Part shown: positions 34,145 through 40,879 of the stretch, one piece after another
How positions within the stretch are numbered: the stretch's first letter is position 1
Layout: each line of letters begins with the position of its first letter
Assembly: GCA_013115125.1 (NCBI GenBank)
Contig: JABANN010000304.1
Location: 1 to 40,879 of the forward strand
Direction of reading: 5' to 3'
Length of the DNA stretch: 40,879 nucleotides
DNA from: Perkinsus olseni
Taxonomy: Eukaryota
Made by a program: the position numbers and the translations under genes
The notes under the pieces: model-generated
The model's input: only the letters and a program-made list of their open reading frames with translations
What the model was told of the DNA's origin: nothing
Databases searched by the model: none

Positions 34145-36598
34145 TCACAGATCAACGATATCTTTCACGAACTGAGCAAAAGTAGCTTCATGCTTATCAT
34201 TATACAGATTATACAACTCTGCGAGATCAGGGTCTGCGAGGCGGCCACAGAGTATGTTACTCCAGATAGGTGACTGATAGACATCATTCCAGTAGGGGCC
34301 ACCAATAGGCCACAGTGTTGGCTCAGTGATAAGAAAACACATGTACCCTACAGACCACATAAAGGATATCGTATCACCAATACTGGTACGCCAAGTGTTC
34401 CGTGAATACTCGAAGACTATGAACTTCACTCTACCGGGAGTCATGAGCATAAACCGAGCTGCTTGGAGCACACGAGGCTCCTGGCCTTCGATGTCCAACT
34501 TGATGAGGAAGACCTCAGCATTGGGTACTCGAAAAGATACTTCATTACGATAGATGGACTCTAGGGTGAGTGTTTGGACGATATCAACATTCTGGTAATC
34601 AGAGGCTTCACTTCGATCCTCGAGCAAGACTCCAACCTCATCAACATCCAGGTCAGCATTGCGCTGGAAGAGCCCCTCGCCGTCTCGATCCGACAGAGCC
34701 GCTCGGACCCCTACCCATCCCTCGAGGTCCCACCTGCCCTCCCGTGCCGTGTCTTGGAGATATTTGAAGTTGCCACTGTGAGGCTCCACTGATATGAGTA
34801 GTGTATTCCATCCAGCTAGCTCCTTTGGACACACTATACAGGGAAGTATCGTCTCACCAGCTCGATCGACAACACGCCGATAAGCGACGTCCCCAAAGGT
34901 TTCCATGAATGCCGACGATGACTTACCAATGTTCGCTCCGCCATCAATCAACACCAAAGGCAGGGAGAAGGCGGAGGCGCGCCGCTTCACTAGGAGACGT
35001 AGAGCAGGCAGAAGAGTCTCGGCATCAGCACAACCAAAGCCCGACGAAGAAAGGCTAACACCAGTCAAACTTCTCGCAGAGACCAGAGTCTCGTTGATGG
35101 TCGGGTCGAGCCATCTCCCTACAGTACGAGCAAACCGCTCGGCTGAGGCACTCGTGTAGCTATTTATGCGTTGCTTCCGGGGGTGCGAGCTGAGCTGCCT
35201 GGCGATACGCTGTGCCGCGCCCGATAGCATTGCCATCCAGAACATCCCGCCCCTCCATTCGAAGGACCGCATCGCTGAAAAGTGATGTTTGACGAGCCTC
35301 GCGTGCATCGCCAAACGCCTTTCCTCGGGGTTGCTGCGTAGTATAGCCTCCAGATCAGGAATCATTGTCGGACGGAGGAAAAGGGCAATGTCATTCCAAG
35401 GTAGCCAGTCCGGTAGAGGGGGCTCAAAGTCATCCGAGATGATGACTGGTATACACCCATGCAGAACAACATCGTACAACCGGACGTTATTGGTATGACT
35501 AGAGCCACACATAACCAGGCAGTACTTCGTCGCCCACAGACGCTGACGGTACTCACGGTCACCGCGAATCCGAGTAGTAACGAGTATGTCACTCCGATTC
35601 ACTCCACCGGACTCCGGATCGAAGTGGGCCAGAACCCTCCGCCTAGCGCAGGAGTTCGGGGACCCCGCGAAGTACAGGAGATAAGGCCTCCCAGTCTCCG
35701 ACGCTCTTGGGTCGGGATTGAACCTCGATGGTATGCCGATGACGAAATCCTGCGGCTTGGTGTCACGGTCCTTGGTAACCACAACAGCGTCAGCGAGATA
35801 ACACTCGTCAGACTCATTGCGAAGGGATAAGAAGTCTAGCTTCCCTGCGTTGAGGTCCAACCACTGGGGGGAGCCTGTAAGAGAGCCGACCGACCAGTTC
35901 TGCAGGAGGTGATTGGCGTCGGAGAAGTCCTGACGGCCGAGGTCCATAGAGAACACTATGATGAAGTTGCTGCCGTTGAAGCGTCGATGCAAGGGCGTCG
36001 AGTGTGCCCATTGAATGAGGGGTATGAGGTAAGAACGTTCGGCCTCCTTGATGGCAGGCCAATGGTCCAGGTTGCGGCTTTCTCTCAACCAGAAGTACAC
36101 GAAGGATACACACTGACCTGAGACCACGGCATAGGGATTATACTGGCTCAAGCATCGACGAGGCGACGAGTGAGGTTGACTGCTTCTGAAATAACAGCTG
36201 AAGATACCCTACGCTTAACAGTGAACGGGATGGATACATACCTAGGAGTACATAATCAGCGGTGTGGGGATCATCAACAGAGAACTGCCTGTTCATAGCC
36301 AACGTCTCCATGAAGTACCACTCCATCGAGTACTGGAAGCCAAAGTACTCGCAGTCCCTCCACACCTTCAATCCTAATCGCACTTATCCACTACAATCAC
36401 GGGGTTCACGCCCGTACCGGGAACATCCTGGAAGGGATCTGGTGGTTTGAGAACGTAAAAGGCGTTCCTTATAGTGCCGGCCGCTATAGTATTCACTAAT
36501 CCATCGCCATCAGCCGGTCGATGAAGGCCGCCTAGCTTAGGCTCAGATACAGAGCCTAGAAGGTGGGTGACGGCGAGTATTGATGATAGACCTTTCAT
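34145..36598 (-). CDS. Secretory-pathway exostosin (GT47) glycosyltransferase fused to a C-terminal FkbM-family methyltransferase
   Basis: Leader MKGLSSILAVTHLLGSVS. GT47: QYSMEWYF..VDDPHTADY, RPYLLYFAGS, YRQRLWATKYCL, RLYDVVLHGCIPVIISD..PL..WLPW. FkbM: VLIDGGANIG, ISVEP..NF, AALSD, LIKLDIEGQEPRVL, IVFEY. Both domains lie in one uninterrupted ~2-kb exon (36117-34145). Confidence 0.88.
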
Positions 36599-37144
36599 TT
36601 GCAATGACCAGTTGCCATACTGATAGGACGTTATCTTGCATACTGCAACACCGTAGCGCAGTCGCGCTGGTGAGGCCGCGTGAGATGGTCTACTACATGA
36701 TTTTCCAAGAATGCAGATCTTGGACCAGAGCTGCTGAGGTCTGCTGATCGTATCGTCAAGCGAGCATTTTCTCGTGTATACGGCAAGACTGGACACCCCC
36801 TCGGGAAATGACTAGCGCAACAAGTAGAGAGAGAGGAAGCTGCTGTTGCGACTGATAATGACGATGGTGATGTTACTCAGAGTCGATGCTTTCATCGATG
36901 GTGCAAAGTGTCGCCATCCTCAACAGAATGTGTACAGCGCTGGTGAAGGGAAATAAAGAGGGAACGAAGGATGCAACTGTAAGAGGTGGTTGAACAACGG
37001 CGGCTTCGATTGTAGTAAACTGTTCACAATGGTTGCATATGATACAAAATGATACTAAAAGGGATATGACATGATGATGATTATTAAAGTGTATAATGTG
37101 GGGGAGCACTAGGGAAGGGTGCAGCAGAGGGCGTCGTCGTCGGA

Positions 37145-40100
37145 CTATCTAGCGGTCATCGGTCTTGGCGGTACATAGTTGGACAGGCTGTAACCACTAT
37201 GTGGTACTGAGATACAGCAGGTGATAGCAGGAGAGAGATGAGGTCGTATTACTTGGTAGATTCGAGGGTCCACTACACTTCTGGAAGAATAGACAATATA
37301 CTTGTGACTGCTTCGCCAAAACCTGATACAACAACAGCCGGGATGATAGGGGAAGCTATAGAGAGGAAGGGAAGCTACTTTGTCTGGATCGATGAGTGAG
37401 ACCTTCTCATCATCACATCTCCACCATCTAGCACCACCTCCAGCGGCCTGATCACCAAGCAACTGAGTTGTCGACCAGAGTCCACCATAGCACATTATCA
37501 TTACCTTCCTCCTGACGTATGATACGTAGTGTCCTGTCCCAAGATGTGTCCCTATATGTACGCAGAGACCGAGGAGCCTATAAGCCCCGTCCAGGTAGGG
37601 CTGGAAGCTGCAGGAACCCTCCAGGCAGGGCTGTGCTGCTGCTCCTGCTGTTGTTGAGGACGCACTGGTCGCTCGGTCGACTAGTTTAGCGCATTCCATA
37701 GGGAAGGATACTGAAGAGGGAGTAGACTCTCGGCAAGTATAGCGCAACTACCAGCCAACTACCAGCAGTATTGATTTTACGTCCTTGCGCAGTAAAGCGT
37801 CTGAGATGTATGACTAGTATGTCTGGACTCGCCGTGACCTGACGACATCGACGATGATGATGATAACGACAATTATGCTGATAATTTTTCCATCCTGTTG
37901 GGTATCACCTTAGTGGACTTGGTGGCCTTTGTGCATTTACAGTGGCACTTTTCACAGGAGAAGTCAGTAAGTTCCTCGTCGACGAAGTAGTTTGCTATGA
38001 GCTTTTTCAAACTAACCGATCCCCCTCCATGGTTGGTAGTGTTATTCTGCCGAACTCTTTGTGAATCAGCGGATACCTGAAGGACGGGATGATCCTCCTA
38101 GGGGTTGTTGTTCATATAATAAAAGCTACCAATGATGGTGCACTAGCAGATGGCCTGAAAGCAGCGGAGCATCCAGGGGTAGTAGCCATCTCTGGGCCTG
38201 GCTCCGACGGCACCTGGTACGATAGCAAGATACAGAGTGATAGGAAAACGGATTGGTGGGAGTACTACAGGCAGTGATAGGTCCATGATGGGCTCATAGA
38301 CCTTGGTAACATGACCGCAAGAATGGCACATGAACCTTGAACGGAACATGCCACTAAACATGTCGGTGATGAGGGACGGGTTCCTCGATCGATATTCCCT
38401 CCACCGGATCTAACAAGGTAGTCATAGTGGCAGCTGGGACTTGAACGGTATTGGTATTATTACGACAGACTCATCCGACGGCCGTCGAAGGGGATGTCTC
38501 ATCGGCGGCAAGGACCTCTTCCTACGGTCTGATCTGCTAGAGTCCGAGGGCGGCCTACCACCATCAGTGAGTATATACACTTGAAAGGGCATGCTCTTGG
38601 TTACTTGGAAGTAGCTGGAACATGTGCTGATTTTGCAGTTCGATCTCGAGGGCCTTGTCGTTGTTGTGGTTGGTCGGAGGAGGATGGTGTTGACCCTCTG
38701 GATGCTGATGACGTCGACGATACCGAGGACGATGGCAGAGGATGATGGTTCATATCACTGCTGCTGCTCCCGCCCTCCTGCTGATGAGCATACGGCTTGA
38801 CACTATCATGAGTACCTGAAGGAGTGGTATTAGTAATCAGTGGTAAAGGGTGCCCATAGTACATCCATGTAGTGCGTCTAATAGTACTGATAGGAACTCA
38901 TGGCAGTCCTGTTCCTCAGCTAGATCCATGAACAAAGGGTTCTTAGGATACCTGACCACCACCCATAATAGACGTCTGTTGCAACGAATCTCCATTCATT
39001 ACTTCCTCTTCAATGCTGATAAGAGCCGTACTGGATTAACTGCTGGTTTGGTATCCGTTGTCAAGTCCTCCACGTTAACTTGGCACTTGTTAAATAGATC
39101 AACCATGGCCGCAGCGATCTCACCATACCCATTCTGGGGTTCATACAACGCAGTATGCTCACAGGAAGGGGCATTGGAAGCGGCGGCGGCGGCCGATGAT
39201 GACGAAGAAGTAGAGGACGCCTTCTACATCATAAGACTTTCATTATTCATGGTCGGCACCCGCTGTACTACATTAGCCGAGTTAACATCCTCATCATGAT
39301 CCACTTTATCCTCGATCTGCTGCTGCTGGTCCCTATTCGGCACAACCTGCCTTCTGCTTGCATGATGGTGATGAATATGGCGTCGCTGTTGGTAGTGTCT
39401 TAGACCCCTCTTCATCTGTGATGCTAGGCATGTGAACTCAGCCACCGATAGCATACATTGTAGAACACAGGTTACAAAACAAGTACCTATCACAATGACA
39501 GGTGAGCAGGGGTGACAATAGCCCTACAGCGCCGCCCCCACGATGCTACTACTTCCAAGATTCTTGATACCCACTGGTTTAGTGGTTATATCTATCGCTG
39601 CTGGACCTGATATGAGAAGGATCACCAGCCCCTGGGCACTTGCGCTATTACTAGGTGCGGAGTTGGTGAGCGTGGTTCCAGGTTCTGCAAGACGCTTGAG
39701 GTCTCTGCAAGGTGATTCACCAGTATGATCATAGATGTCTAGAGTAAGTCTAGTGACTAACGGACCACCACCGTAGCGTGCTAGCCTGCAAGGTGACTGT
39801 AATAGAGGAGCACTAGGCAGTGGTGTACCGACCAGAAGGACCATATTGTTTGGTTTATCCCTCGATAGTCTCTAGAGCGTACAAGCCTTGGTAGTAGTGT
39901 TTTGAGGTCGTCTCGAAAGAGCACATTATTGGATATTGGACCGGGGAGACCCTTCCCCTCAGATATCTGATGGAAGCATCCTCGACAGCCAGCGGCGGCG
40001 GTATTCATCTGATGGATAGTACAAAGTGTTTCCATGAGTTTATCCATTTGGTGGACACGATATAATAGGTATCACCCTGAGGTAACCGAACGGTATCGTA

Positions 40101-40710
40101 TTTTCTAACAAACTCCGCTTCGTATCTATGCAACATCAACCTGCATGCTTCATGTAAACTAAGGCAGCTACCTAGCCCTGAGCCTTAAGGATTCCTGAGT
40201 ATCACAAGCCATAAACTTGGCCTCGGCTGGGGTATCGTCTACGTCTGGTCGTGGTAGTAGAGAGCCACCTACATTGGACTACCTATACCACTAGTGTAGG
40301 TCGTAACAACAGACTGCTCATCTCTCTATCCTCTACCACCACTACCTTCACTCCGAACCTCTTCTGCATCCCGTAATGATACATCATCGTCTACTAATTG
40401 CCATCCTGGAGTGTCACCTTGTGATGGCGATGCAGCAGCAGGAGCAGCAGCCCCTACCCCACTACGCAGTGGGTCGTTCTCTTCATTTGTTACGGGTTGG
40501 GTGTATCTAACGGTACCATAACAACTGGTAATATACGCAAATCTGGTTCACTCAGCCATTCCAAGCATCGTTCAAGTGGCAGTAAAAGTAATATGCTATT
40601 ATCGTGCTTTGAGATCTATTTCATCATCATGGTTGCATCCGCCATGGATAAGCCCAGTAGTAGTAGTAGTAGTACCTCTCCTTCACTCCACATGCTATTG
40701 TATTACCCAT
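37145..40710 (-). CDS. Ubiquitin-specific protease (peptidase C19) with N-terminal DUSP domain, multi-exon
   Basis: DUSP: TYYIVSTKWINSWKHFV, PGPISNNVL, RDY..W..YGGGP. Cys box GIKNLGSTCFVTCVLQC; EEQDCHEFLSVLLDALH; ITDMFSG..CHSC; ILVIHLRRF; His box YRLLGLCVHIG..GTGHYVSY; WWRCDDEKV. The 5' exon (MGNTIACG) is less certain. Confidence 0.88.
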
Positions 40711-40879
40711 AGTATGGGCAGCAGCCGAAAACAAGAATGATAATAACAGGAAAGAGAACAAGCAACTACAACAAGATGAATATGGACGGTTGGCAGAACA
40801 CAGGATTGTCAAAACCCGCAACGAAATCACGAACTGTCCAAACAATGGGTGAGAGAGAGGCGGACAGACCGCGACCCGA

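Noticed and set aside
36143-36152. CTGGCTCAAG (also GTAGCCATCT near 38182), partial spliced-leader matches
   Set aside because: Only 10 nt, antisense and inside introns; no full SL or SL RNA structure.

Overview
Gene-dense eukaryotic nuclear DNA with many short (mostly 40-60 nt) spliceosomal introns, so the supplied ORF track is fragmented; the models below were spliced by hand. Gene content (a myzozoan-type Cox4/ApiCox23, a ClpS with a bipartite-looking leader), intron style and compactness point to a myzozoan alveolate, most likely Perkinsus (inference, not verified). About 17 genes lie in four co-oriented blocks. Block 1 (+): frameshifted LPMO, FATP acyl-CoA synthetase, 3-hydroxybutyryl-CoA dehydrogenase. 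Block 2 (-): GT8 glycogenin-like fusion, DUF4203 membrane protein, Uso1/p115, ClpS, condensin II CAP-G2, SAM methyltransferase, phytochelatin synthase, TFIIB-like protein. Block 3 (+): Cox4-like, an orphan, CK2 beta, BSD protein. Block 4 (-): GT47-FkbM fusion, DUSP-USP. No rRNA, tRNA, CRISPR array or intact mobile element was recognised. Most notable: the GT47 + FkbM methyltransferase fusion, a phytochelatin synthase with an N-terminal Cys-rich extension, a divergent TFIIB-like protein without a Zn ribbon, a putatively plastid-targeted ClpS hidden by a GC-AG intron, an 8-gene unidirectional array with 61-206 bp spacers, a perfect 37-bp palindrome, and an intronic (CAT)13(GCT)6(GGT)8 repeat that can fold back as RNA.
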